Below, in pieces: positions 1 to 12,022 of a stretch of DNA of 64,000 bases. The DNA is from Ancylonema sp. Lineage: Eukaryota. The position numbers and the translations under genes are program-made. Where the stretch lies: contig JBFLGF010000084.1 in the NCBI GenBank assembly GCA_050230475.1, forward strand, positions 1-64,000. Direction: 5' to 3'. A model generated the notes under the pieces. That model was not told where the DNA came from and ran no database searches. It worked only from the letters and a program-made list of their open reading frames with translations. How positions within the stretch are numbered: position 1 is the stretch's first letter; each line of letters starts with the position of its first letter.

Positions 1-572
1 CAGACTCAATATGAGTACCTTAAAAAGTTGGGGACATTGACTACCGAACAAGCCAAGATACTTCTAAATGAGTTCGTAGATTCTTGGGATCCCAAGGATC
101 TAGACAACGAATTCTATGAAGAGGCTGTGTCTAGGGAAGCGCTACGCGATGTCTGGCGAAAATACTACCGCCTTCGCGCAATTTATGACATGAAGTGCAC
201 CCGCATAACTAGACCTGGCCGTGCTCCGGTGGCACCAGATCTGAGACCAGATCCGGTAGAGGAACCAGAGGAGTTGGAGGAAGTCCTCCATCTGGTTGCT
301 GAAACTTTTCATTCGTCGCAAGCAACCTATCTGGACGAGCTCCGGAAATTCACAGCCATGCGAGGAGAGGGGCTGTTGGATCTGGCAACTCGATTCGATA
401 ATCTTGCCATCCCCCTTTTAAGCGCTCATCTCACTACTAAACGTGACGTGGCGCTGGTGCTCCGCACGCACATCCCAGTCTTCCTGCGCAAGAAGACATT
501 CGCTAAAATGGAAACGGAGGATGACAAGCGACGCATACGGGGAGAGGACCCCTCCACTCGGCAAGAGATGAT
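1..572 (+). mobile_element. gag-like fragment of DNMT-carrying LTR retrotransposon family A
   Basis: ORF 28..572 closely matches the minus-strand gag at 23216-24277 (NEFVDSWD..DVWRKYYRLRAIYDMKC..DDKRRIRGEDPSTRQEMI). Ends at N573. Confidence 0.75.
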
Positions 573-573
573 T

Positions 574-665
574 NATGATTGGAATGATGTAGGGTGTCCA
601 GTTTTATCACGTGATGTTTTTTTTTTGGTTGATGTAGCATTCGTCATCTGTTACGCTAGTTTTTG
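574..665 (+). mobile_element. copia 3' internal (post-RNase H) fragment
   Basis: Reverse complement of 42043-42130, the sequence between pol end and PPT of the complete copia. Confidence 0.7.
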
Positions 666-837
666 CCTGACGGGCTAACTTATCGCCGTATAGGCACACG
701 AGCTCATATGGCATGACATGGTCTTTGCCAAGCATTGCCAACACACGCATGGTTGTATGGTATAGATTTTCAAAAGATAGATACCCAAATCTACGGCTCC
801 CACTCTCCAATACCACAAAATATAATATTTTGCCGCC

Positions 838-1025
838 CAAATCCCCCCTCCCGTAATCACCCGATCACCCGCAGGTGATGGGGCAACCCGCGGGTGTTTC
901 TTCACCCGCGGGTGATCCTTCACTCGCAGGTGAATCACCCGATTTTCAAATTGGTCAGGTGTCGGGTGATCACCCGCAGGTGATCGGGTGGGCAGGTGTT
1001 CGGGTGAGGGTGTAGCCCAACCCTA
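838..1025. repeat. hAT-like DNA transposon end with subterminal CACCCG/CGGGTG repeats
   Basis: Dense cacccg/cgggtg motifs ending in caacccta (TAGGGTTG on the minus strand). Related end at 4195-4345. Confidence 0.5.
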
Positions 1026-1334
1026 GCTCCTAAACACCATTTCTGGTGTCCATTTCTGGTGGCACGTATGGAAGACACGTTAGTTCAAGGAAGTTCCACC
1101 CATTACGTGAAACCTACTCGTGCCGACTTCCCTCTCGATACAACAAATGTTGGGTAAGGGACGTTCTTAAAACACAGTAAGGTGCCTCTGAGAGGGTGAC
1201 GTGTCTCAAGGCGAAACTGTTCCGCCGTGTTGGCGCGGCAATTTTACAAATCTACCGTGGTCCTTCATTTGAACGGTTTTTGGTCGTCCCTTCAAACAGG
1301 GGAAGGTGCCCGGGGGGGTAACTTCGGGCCCCCA

Positions 1335-1628
1335 AAAGTGAACGGGCCAAGTTCGTCGCCCCGTAATATTTGATCGGACGGTCAAAATTTCTCCGAAAAA
1401 TTATTGATGGTAGAAAATGGCGCTCGCTTCAAGTTGACTTTAAAAAAAATTGATCCAATGACGGACGGCGAAGATACGAGTGATTTACCGTCAAAAAAAG
1501 TGAACGAGGCAGGCACGATTTTAGATTTTTTTTAGGTGACGGTAGTGAGAAAAGTGAACGGGTAGTGAACGGGGCAAAATAATGAGATGACGTAAAGTGA
1601 ACGGGATTTAAGTGAAAAGTGAACGAAA
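1335..1628. repeat. cluster of AAGTGAACG motifs, probable subterminal repeats of a DNA transposon
   Basis: About six (a)agtgaacg copies within 300 bp; no convincing TIR or TSD found. Confidence 0.35.
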
Positions 1629-1929
1629 TAGGATTTTTTTTTATTTTTTTTTTTTTAACTGAAAAAATATAGAATCAATTTAGAAGTCCGAAGTTTACAC
1701 AAATGCAATTTATGACACTTGCATCCCTCACAACGTGCTTCATCGGTGGGGTCACGAAAGAACCGATGACATCCGTCGGATTTATCTATGCTGTGAAGCT
1801 GCGTACACTTTTCTGTCACTTTCGGATCGTCTTGCACAAGGAGGTGGAAAAAGAAGTGGCAGGTGCATCCATCGCAGTATTGAGATCCGTCTTTTTCCGG
1901 CCAAAATCTGTTGTAGCAATCACGAAGTG

Positions 1930-2310
1930 TGTAAAATACTCATTTTCTCTTATGAGTATTCGTAAGGGTGCGAGATGTCACTTAGATCATTCGCATACTT
2001 TGCTCGGATACTTTGCTCGGAATAGATCACTCAAAAGTGTTAGTTTATCTCTGGCTGAGTACAAGAGTACGTCTCTGCTCGGATAAGACGATAGGGCGCG
2101 GAGGCGGAGGCGGCGCCAAGCTGACCAAGACTGAATTTAGCGAATCTACTCGACTAGTCCGATCTAATCCGATACGAACTTAAATTTTAGGGAAATATCG
2201 CGTGTCCATATTGCACGATATTTCGTACTCAAAGCACGCGTCACACTTAGCATTACACACTCAACACACCCCCCTAATGTTAATTGTGACAAAAAATAAA
2301 ACTGCCGAAA
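1930..2310 (-). mobile_element. copia 3' LTR (1930-2266) plus PPT, truncated element
   Basis: TG..CA-bounded near-copy of the LTRs at 41668-41995 and 46545-46869, followed by the same PPT and about 40 bp of 3' internal sequence. Confidence 0.9.
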
Positions 2311-4194
2311 CTGCCCTATATAGAGCAAGTCACGCAGATAGACGTACTGTGCTTATATCGAGGGAAATACCATTTGCGGAGAACCCGCTCACTTAGTGAC
2401 CGACCGTCATAATTAGTCGGTGCGAAATGATGACACCGCCAATGTCGCTGCACGGGGCGGAGGAATGAAAGCTCAGAGCTCACCAGCCCGCTGACGAGCA
2501 ACCAGGTGGTCAGCACCTGACGCCATAGACACCAGACAACGAAAACACCTGATACTCCGACAACGTAGGCCTGCCAAATGGATCACAAGGACAGCTACGC
2601 TGTTAGCGTAGTTAAAGCGCGCCGATGTCATGTGCCGTTAGTAACGCTTGGCGTCAATCACCGACCAGCGTGATATGAGAACGTGCTTGATTTTCGACTC
2701 AGATCGATCTAGAATTCAGAGCACCGCTTCTTGCCAATATCTTGTAACGAGTCACCACACTGACCTCAATCGGTCAGTGTACGCTCCGGGAACACACTTG
2801 AAACCATGCTCTGTTCGGCTGGCAATTATTATCTGAATGCGCATTTCCTTCACCTCCGCAATACTCAGACCTTAGTCGCTTCGGGCACGTTACGCCCAAG
2901 GGCTTTGGCATTGCCTCGCCTTGAGCTTGTTAGTGAAATGAAACTGCCACATGGTGTTGGTCGTCGACATGCCATGGGCGCTAGCGCGACTAGTGGCGTA
3001 TGTCACAGACACGAGTGTGGGCGCGCGCGCATGCTGTGAATATGTTGTGATGTCCATTCCACACATTGTTACACTCATAGCGATACAAATCGTTATAACG
3101 TTGTCTTTACACGTGTGACCTAGACACGATACTAGAAAGTACGACAACCACAAAATACACATTTTTCATTTCTCCTCCCAATCGATCAAGTCGTGTGTGT
3201 CAAACTCTTCAAGTCCACTCGATTTGCTTGATTGCGCCTCCTACTGATTTGCCTTGAAGTTTGTGAGTTCAAATGTGAGACTACCAGTATGGCTGGTGAA
3301 GAAAGCGGTGGCGTGGGCGGTCATTCATCATATGATGATGATAGTGACTGCCACGTCCGCATCACGCGCAAGACTCCTCGACCCACAAGTAACCCGTCGC
3401 CCATGGATTCTCGTAGGCGTTCTCCTAGGCGTTCTCCTAGGCGATCTCATAGGAGAACCCCCAGGCTCTCGTTTGGAGTGCATTCAGACTCTGGTGATGA
3501 CAATAATGAGAAGTAATAATTTTAGATTGGAGTTGGTACAACTCCAACAGTGGCGGTGAGTTCTCTTGCTTGTCTTTAATGACCTAGTGTTAGCGTGTGA
3601 GGTACTTTCTTCACACCTGATCGACAACTTTCTAATACCGATAGCATAAATATGAATAGTATTTTAGACTCCTCATTGTAGAGGGACTTACCTAGGAAGT
3701 GCTAATACAGTATGCATGTTATAGTACAATATGGTCTTGGGTAGCATTTAGAAAGATGGGAGCCGGAGTATGTTATGACCTCTTATCACTCTACGAGGTA
3801 GTTGGCTTCACACATAACGATGTAGCATGTGTTGGTGGTTAGCATGTGTGTTGGTGTAATGGAAATGGCTATAACTTTTATGTACCATAGAAACTTCATG
3901 GTGCATGAATCATGCATGACCGATCTACGAAATTAGCACAATATGGTGTCATAAGTTATGGGTCGTAACAATTGTTTATTCATCGATGACACCTCCTCCA
4001 ACTACATATGAATGTTTCGTGCCATCCACCCGTAACGAAGTAAATTACTCCATAAATTTACGGTGTCATGTCAGCGCCATGTCAGCGCCAGCATACAAAT
4101 ATTAACACTGTGTCTCTCTCTCTTCTTCCTCAATATATTGGTCAAGGAACACCTAAACACGTATTAAAGTACTGGGGAAAAAAAATGTCCTTTC

Positions 4195-4345
4195 CAGCCC
4201 GCCACCCGCGGGTGATCAGGTGGGGCGGGTGAAAATCGGGTGGAGCGGGTGAAAATTGGGTGGGGCGGGTGAAATCGGGTGGAGCGGGTGAAAATTGGGT
4301 GTTCATCCCCACCCGATTGGTTTTGGCGGGTGGGTCACAACCCTA
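4195..4345. repeat. hAT-like DNA transposon end with GCGGGTGAAA repeats
   Basis: Tandem gggtgg(a/g)gcgggtgaaa units ending in caacccta, the same terminal motif as at 1018-1025. Confidence 0.5.
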
Positions 4346-5283
4346 CTTGGAGCACAACGGAGATTTGAGAACCAATGAAATTTCAACGAAAGATCGACTG
4401 TGCATCGATGACCGCAGTTCTATTGGGGATTGCGCTGCTTGGTGACATGTGGCAATCGGAGAGCGCGGTCAAGTCTGAGACCACGCGAAAGGCAATCTAT
4501 TTTGCGATCACATCGGACGGCTCAAAAGTGTCTCCATGGCCATGGCAGATACGTGTGCCAAATGTCCAAATGATAATCATATGCGAATTCCAGTCCTACG
4601 GATGTGCGGATGTGGTATGTACACTGCGAGGACATACATGTGGACCCCGTACAACCTGTTGCTCACATACCTACGCTGAAGCTGGGTGCAAGGATCCGTA
4701 CGCGAGGGCATGATTGAAAAAATATGCTTGGAATGGAAGGGAATCAGCTGTCGGGTGTACCCGGCGGTCACAACAACAGTAGCGGAAATTGGAACCTTTC
4801 AGAGACTCACGATACGAGCAGGAATGGAGTTTTTCCTGCTGCGGATACTCGGCAATCGTTTGAAATGGCATCTCTGAAAGCGAATTGGTCAGACCCTATC
4901 GCCTTTCAAATATGATGGCGTCGTTGCGTTTTCTGTTGACTCTGTAGAGTCTTTTCCTACGACTTGTGGCTATGTAGCTTTGCAGTACGAATTCCAGATT
5001 TTCAAAGAATTCTAGAAATTCCGTACTTGGTCTGGTATGTACGCTCTTCAACTTCTGATCCAGTAGCTTAAAATTTATCGTCGTCATCGATGATCTCCAT
5101 GAGTCATTCATATTCATGGTGAAAGGGATAGGTATGCAATTTGCGATCCGCAAATTCCGCAGCACGCGGCTAAACATGTGCCTCATGTTTTCTCGCAGGT
5201 CTTCTCCTCCTCGCATGAATCCGCGCGTGACAGAGGAGCATGAGTCTGGAAGTCCTTTGTATGCCCGAACCCGAGCGACAGGN

Positions 5284-6270
5284 AGGGCATTGGGCTGGGA
5301 GTGCTTCAATCTGCCCTGGCTTCGGGCCACCAGATCAGGTGTTACACCTACGTCGACAAAGACGACGTGAGCCGACGTGTGGCGGCAGCGATTCTTCGAA
5401 AACTCAAAAAACAATTCCCGGACCAGCTCTCAGATGCTGCCCTCCTTGGATTTGATGCTAGACTGCCTCGGAACATCGATCAGTGCAGTCCCACTTTTCT
5501 CACTAATCTGGTCGCCAATAATGGGCCAGTGGACGTGCTTGGAGCCACTTGGGAGTGCTAGAGTGTTAGCCGCGCGGGATACCGTCAAGGAATTCATGAC
5601 CCACGCTTCCGTTTCTTCTTCAATATGGTGGCAATCATCAATTTCTTCCAACGGGAGCAAAAATCCCCCCTAATATACATCCTCGAAAACACTTACCCCG
5701 GGGAACGGTGCACGACAGCTGTGCAGAATGCCCAAAATCTGGTGCAGGGATTTCTGGGAGCACCCATTCCCCTTGATGCTGCGGATATGGGATCGGTGGC
5801 GCACACAGTACGGCTGTACTGGCAGAGACGGCTCCTGACTCCAGAACTTCTTCAAGCCACTATGCCAAAGATGATGGTGCCCAAACCCACGCTGCGCTGG
5901 ATTCTGGGGCCTCACCACGTTCCTACAAAACCTGGTCACACAGACGAGCGTCCTTTTGCACCTTGGAACGTGGTCGGCCAGACTAGAATCTGCATGCCAA
6001 CAGTGGTCTCCTACATTCGGAGCAACGCCTACCGCAGCAAGTCCAATGGGGAGCCTGGAGAGGGCGAGGTTTTCAATCTGGCACGGGAGGAGTGGGAGGA
6101 GCCAAACTGCCAGGAGAAGGAGCAAATGATGGGCTACATGGCAAACGAGACGGAGTGCCCCCACGCATCAGAAGCAGAACGCTCCATGCGCCTCGGTCGA
6201 GCCCTGGCGTGGCCTGGATGCCAACGTGATGCTACACTTAGGAGCAGTGTTATTTGTTGCCCATGCGTAG
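5284..6270 (+). pseudogene. DNMT3/DRM-like C5 cytosine methyltransferase domain in Ty3/gypsy pol (family A, copy 1)
   Basis: GIGLG (end of motif I), YVDKD (II), DVLGATWEC*SVS (IV; stop 5559-5561), YILENT (VI), HTVRLYW (VIII), EKEQMMGY (IX), RLGRA/LDANVM (X, frameshifted). Confidence 0.85.
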
Positions 6271-6499
6271 GAGTCCCTCCCCACTCAGCTTGGTTCATCA
6301 ACTGGGGGAGGGGCCACCTTGCATCCAGCCTACGCCAGCATCCACTACCTCCATCCCCTCAAAAGCATGGTTTCAACCCCACCCTCATGCGTCCCATCTA
6401 CATCAACGGTCCAGCGCGCAGCAGCCGGACGTATCGTTTCCGCACTTCTGGCATCCGATATGCCCACAAATGCAGCCAACCCACCTGAGGCGGAGGGGG

Positions 6500-6826
6500 G
6501 GAGAGTCAGAAGTCCACCTCAGCGAGATAAACAAGAAAAAATCAACGTGGGAGCCAGCCTTCAGGAGCAGGACCAGCCCAGAGTCCTGACCATGCTGAAC
6601 GCGAACAGTGATCGATTTGCATTCAGCATCGAGGATCTGGAACCTTCGAAGTATAGCGGGGAGCCGATGCAACCGGAGCTGACTTCAGACAAGCCGATCT
6701 TCCGTCCCCCGCACAAATTGGGTCAAGTGGAGCTCGATTTTGTGGAGGCCTAGTGTTCCAAGTTGGAGAAGCTGGGGTTCATCAGAAGGTCCCCGCAATC
6801 CCAATATGCATCCGCTACAGTGGTAG
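6500..6826 (+). mobile_element. N-terminal part of Ty3/gypsy reverse transcriptase directly after the DNMT
   Basis: ..FAFSIEDL..ELTSDKPIFRPPHKL..EA*CSKLEKLGFIRRSPQSQYASATVVV, a typical gypsy RT start. Interrupted by an LTR at 6827. Confidence 0.8.
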
Positions 6827-6902
6827 TATAAGGAGCGGAAACTTAGTGCGGAAAGGGGAATATAAGAAATGGAAGGAAGAAATGTGAAAGAGTAGAATAT
6901 GA
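6827..6902 (-). mobile_element. LTR fragment of family D
   Basis: Matches the first 76 bp of the LTRs at 19194 and 22695. Cut by N6903. Confidence 0.85.
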
Positions 6903-7149
6903 NAACAAATGTGTGTGTCGAGCATTTTTAATGTGGATGAGTTCTAACTAACACAGTGTGGTATGACATTATCACAATTTATATTTCTTGAATAGCGAGG
7001 TTCATAGCTCTTTACACTAACTGGACTAGAACCTGGTGGTACAAGTCGGGGTTGGGGGGAGCCGGAGCAATTTACCATCGACCGAACGCACATTCGTGCA
7101 ATCGGACATCTAGACTATGTGAGACAAACGACATTACGCAACAACCGAC

Positions 7150-7800
7150 AATTATGGCGAGCATATGGCACAGCATAGCAAAGATCTTGGACAACTGGAA
7201 ATGGCAATGAACCTCTGGCACCGGTTGAGGACAAACCTGTAGACCTTGAAGCATTCTTCCAAGAGATCAGAGGCCGACTCAGATGTAATGTTTTAAAATA
7301 CGTGGTCAATAGGAACGCTTTCCGAGCCTTGCTAGGAGAATCAATGCAAAACTTCTTTCTTCGATTCGACGAGTATGCATCAGCAGTCGAGTATGATGGC
7401 GTTGACGGATGGAGACCAATTGCATCGAATTTTTTGAATGCTTTGCCTGTCAACATTTATGCTGCCATGAAGAGAGAGTGGGAAGATGAGGAGAGACACC
7501 GTGGTTGTGCTAATCCTCTTTTCCCAACAATGAACAAAGCACAGATTCGTACCATGGCCCTGTCATACGAGAAAACGATGGCCATAAGAGCTGCAAAATT
7601 CCGTGCAGCTAGTTTGGACCCGGCTCGACTGCTTTCCAATCCTCCAGAGACTTAGGCATACCAACGACCGAGGCCACCTCCTTAGCAGCAGCAACCAACG
7701 CTACCAGCGGGCTTAGCTCCTCTGCCAAGAACTTGCTTCACGTGTGGTCAGCCAGGCCATGTCAAGAGAGATTGCCCAAAATCAGCACCACCTCTAGGTG
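7150..7800 (+). mobile_element. degenerate retrotransposon gag with zinc knuckle
   Basis: ORF 7302-7655, then past TAG stops RTCFTCGQPGHVKRDC (CX2CX4HX4C) at about 7730-7777. Confidence 0.7.
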
Positions 7801-8832
7801 GTCCCCCGAAGCCTGCATCCACCGATGGCAGCAACGCGACGAGTTCAGCCAACGAGAAGGCCAAAGAAAATGGCAGTCAAGGATCTTCTCCATATCCTCC
7901 AAGTAGATATCCCTCGAGTAGATATCGAGTAGAGTAGATCGAGTAGATGTCCCTTTACTAGATTTGCTGATCACCGATAGGTCCTCGTCGATCAACCTTA
8001 TCGGCTGTGACAACTGAGTAGAAGAAGAACTCTATATCATGTACAATCCTTCGCGCAGTCTCGCGACTTTGCGAGATTTGCACTCAGTAGAGAGCCGATT
8101 ACACGTGTCGTTTGAATCCTTGCCTTTCGGGTGTCTTGCCACTGTGCTTGTGACTGCGCTTGCATAGCCCTCACAGCAACTGCAAACTTACCTCGAGTGA
8201 ACTCTAGTCGTTCAGCCAGCGATTGCCCGACGCAGCTTGCTAACGCTCTCGCATTCAAATATCGCAAAGACAACGTCGATAAAGTTCGACACTTCATACA
8301 ATGCATTTTTAGGTCAGATGGAGTGGAGAGATGAGTGATCCACAGTGGAATAGAGTAGAAACCGGCCGTCTCAAACGAAGCAGCTCGACATCGGCGATTC
8401 CAGCTTTGACTTGGCATCAAATCCCAGGCATCGCAGCTCAAAAAAAATCTGCACATCAAGACAATATGGAAGAAGCTCAACCCGGCACCACCTGCCACCC
8501 GGTAGCTAAATCTAAAGAGATTTAGCTGCAATTTCAAATTTTGTGTTGCAGGGTGAAAGGCAATCAGCTCAAACATCTGGCCATTCATTTATACATCAAT
8601 CGGAGAATTTTGACGGACACTTATCCGACGTCGACCACGAAAGACAATTCGATAGCAACAATCTTTCCCACCGACATACGGTTTCAATAGCAGCATTCAC
8701 GAAGACCGGGACATCGACAGCATGACAGGGAACAACAAGATGGAAACGTATAGTGGGGAGCTGGGGAATCGACAAAAGAAAGTCATCGACGACTGCATGA
8801 CGCAGTGGAGCGCCTTCTAGCGCCGAGAACGG

Positions 8833-9940
8833 ATGGGCACGAACCATATGTTATTCGTGAAGGAGTTGAGCACGGTGATGGGAGGGGATGTGGAGGAGGT
8901 TCGTTCAAGGGATGAGGAGATCGAGGAGGGAGAACCAGGAGCAGAGGAGAGGGAGCGCGAGATTGCAGCCCGACGTATCTGGAAGAGATACCGTCGTTGC
9001 ATGTGGTGGTGTGCATAGTTACCCGGTATGCACATTTTTGGCGTCCGTTAAGCGTACCCGTACTGGTATGGGCTTGGTACGCTCGGGTACGTGGTGGTTA
9101 ATTTTACTTTTTACTTTTTATTGGGGGAAAACCAAATTTTAAAAAAAATAAATTCCCCGTACGAACCTCGGGTTTCATCACCCAAAGTGCGCAAAATCCG
9201 GAACTTCTTCGATTGGTCAGAGAATGTGACGACTCTAATGGGGAAGACACACAAACGACGCCAAATCTATAATGTTGCAGGCTGATTGGCCGCATGATAT
9301 CGGTCCCCTGCCTTTTACGTTCGTGAATTCTGGCCGCCAACATCGAAGGGTCCTTATTATCTCCAGAAACATTGGACGGGCGTTCTTTTTCAAAAATTGA
9401 AAGATTCACTCTGGGATCCTCCCTTTCGTACGGCGGTTTCAACAAGTCGTGCGAATCAGGCAAGGGACTCCGACGAGTACCAACATTCGCAACATATCAT
9501 AAAAAGTCACGAAGTCAAGTTTGAACCATTTATGTGACATCCGTACATGGTTTCTACCGTTTTTGTACTTGCTATGGTACGCTGGGGCATGCGTTCGTTA
9601 AGCGTATCCGTATCGGAGCGTACCCTAACGGAATTGCGCACCGGGTTAATATGGTGGTGTGAGAACTCAAATCCCATGCTGCCAAGAGCTGCGGAGGAGC
9701 CGGACCGCCCTGAGATTCGAGAGCGACCAAACCTCTTCAATTTCCTGGAGGACTTCAAGAAGCGGTTCCGACAATCCTCATCGGAGTATGTCATGAAGTT
9801 GGAGACGATCAGACCGAAACCTAGAGATGGAGTGGAAACGATCTTCAGCAACTTCAACGAGATAGCAGAGGTGGTGGAGGGGACGCGCGCCTACACATCG
9901 ACTATGTTGGCGAATAAATTCCATAGCTACCTGCCAGCAC
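8833..9940 (+). mobile_element. gag-like fragment distantly related to family A gag, split by a MITE
   Basis: Removing 9014-9661 restores one frame, RIWKRYRRCMWWCENSNPMLPRAAEEPD..FRQSSSEYVMKL..FNEIA, which aligns with family A VWRKYYRL..FHSSQATYLDEL..FDNLA. Confidence 0.6.
9014..9653. mobile_element. non-autonomous TIR element (P- or hAT-like), 640 bp
   Basis: Imperfect 18-bp TIR CATAGTTACCCGGTATGC / CATATTAACCCGGTGCGC; 8-bp TSD GTGGTGTG (9006-9013, 9654-9661). Confidence 0.8.
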
Positions 9941-10870
9941 ACGACGGTCTGCTTCGACATTGGGCTGCCGTGTGGTGCATCTTCCCACAATTTTCACATT
10001 TGGCACTCTGCGTGCTCGGAAGGTTTTCGCGTGGCTGCAATGGTGGTCGAGGTGGTGGAGGTGGGAGGGGTAGTTGTGGTGCAGGCGCTCTCGGTGGCTG
10101 CTGCGCGTATCCCCCTCCTCCTCCTCCTCCTCCTCCTGCTCCTCCTGCTCCTGCTCCTCCTGCTCCTCTCCCTCCCCCAGCTCGTGGGCCTCCTCCTCCG
10201 TTGGCACTGCTGGCGCGGAAGGACAAGCTGCCTTCTGATGACCAGGCTGGTAGTAATTGTAGCACAACCCTCCTCCTCGTGCAGGTTGTGGTGTTGGTGC
10301 AAGTGTTCGACCACCTTGCAGGTATGGCTGGTAGGGAGAAGGATTTTGCCGAGGTGTAGGCAATGGTGGTGGAGTCACGAAGATTCCCGCCATCCGGTCT
10401 CCTGCAGCTGCTGTCGCCATATCTCCTGCTGTGCTGCCATCCCTCGTATCTCCTCCCTGTTCATCGGCTCCTCGCCTTCCAAAGCCCTCCTCATCCCCTC
10501 CTCCATGAACCTTGCCGCCATCAATGACACCGGTAGCGGCAGCAGTAGCTCCACCGACACCACCACATCTCATGGGAACGTCGGAGTGGTGAGCAGTACA
10601 TCAGCCCTACCGACCCTATGAAGCACCTGGTCCATCGACATCGATGGGATCAGACGTGCCACCACCCTACCCTTTTCCTTACCCTGATCTTCAAGGGGTC
10701 ATTCTATCAGTTGAACCTCGACGCTGAGGGCGACATGCTGAGCAGCGTCGACAACAAGACGACCTAGAGGCACGTCATGTCTCTTGGGTTGATGAGGAAG
10801 AGCAAGAGGAGACAAGGGAGCAACCATAAAAACCTTCCCCTCCTCCTCTTCCAACCGTCCTTCCTACCCG
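9927..10870 (-). mobile_element. gag C-terminal fragment with two zinc knuckles
   Basis: CYNYYQPGHQKAAC and CENCGKMHHTAAQC separated by a Gly/Pro-rich linker; frameshifted. Confidence 0.6.
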
Positions 10871-12022
10871 ACCCTCCCTAGTTGGCCGATCGGTAATCCC
10901 AGTGGGCTCGGCCCTTGGACCAGATTACGGTCGTACACCCAACGGGAGCACGCGGCAGCCGCGGGGTTTCCGAACGGGGCTCCCAGCAGGGTTGACGCCG
11001 GGGGCGGTCAATTTGCAGGAGCCGCTTGCAAAAACCCTGCCTCCGCCAAGCACCTCGCACGATATTATGTCATCCATAACGGAGATGGAGACAAAGAAGG
11101 GGAGACTTGGGACCAAATGTGCTGAGTTGAAAGCTCAGGTGCAGGTTGTAATCAAGCATCAATTGCCATAGGGTCAGGCTTTAATGGTGGGGGGACCCAC
11201 AACAAGTCAAGATTTGAGTTCAGTGGTCACGCCGGGAGGGCTGACACTAGGCGAGAAAATGAGAGCCCTCGCTGTCTCTCTTGTAGCACAGGCCCACACA
11301 AAGGTTCCTGATGTCGAAGAATCCCCTCAAGTCTCATCTAACAAGAGGGCAACAACAAACTGGAATGTGGTAACATTGCCAAACGATGATGGCTGCTTCA
11401 CAATGGACGGCATCATTTTGATGGACGCAATTGTCGACACGGGGGCAAAGAAAATGATGATCTGTGCAGCAGACAACACGTCGACAACGCCAACAAACTT
11501 CAAGACAACCTGCAGAAGAACAGTTCGGAGCGTCACACTCGGCAGCAGATTCCGCATCGACAATCCCTTCTTCACCGACAATCCAAGAAATTATATGCAG
11601 CAGACAAGTCAAGAAAAACAACAAATCGACAGAAGAGGTGCATGCCACAAGAGAAACTTTCCAAACTCAACGGCAACACCTTTCCCAATGATTTGCAAGA
11701 AACAATCTTGGATCAAGCTATGGCCCTAAGGATGAGCAATGGCACCAACGCCAAAGATTGCTTCGAGAAGTCAACAAACACCTGGAAGTGCTCAACGCAA
11801 AAGTGTTGGAGAGGGAATATCTGGACTCCATCGCACTCCGGAAGGAAAACATTATCCCTGCAATGCCAACAAGAGAGACACTTTCCCCTTTTCAACGCCA
11901 AATGGCTCAAGCAACGCAACGAGCAGCAGTGGAGCGAGCAGTAAGAGAGATTCGCTGCATTCTCATGTTCCAGCATACTAGTGGCACATCTCAAGGCAGG
12001 CCACAAAATCAGCAAGCATAAA
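10870..12022 (+). mobile_element. family B retrotransposon fragment: aspartic protease plus the linker that precedes the DNMT
   Basis: AIVDTGAKKMMI protease motif at about 11430. 11680-11955 is homologous to 41478-41667 plus 46870-46975, which lead into the DNMT at 47140. Confidence 0.7.

Noticed and set aside
28..678. 216-aa ORF as one protein
   Set aside because: Chimeric across N573: gag joined to copia non-coding sequence.
5284..6270. Bacterial restriction-modification methylase or contamination
   Set aside because: Embedded between retroelement domains, multicopy and degenerate, with no nuclease partner.
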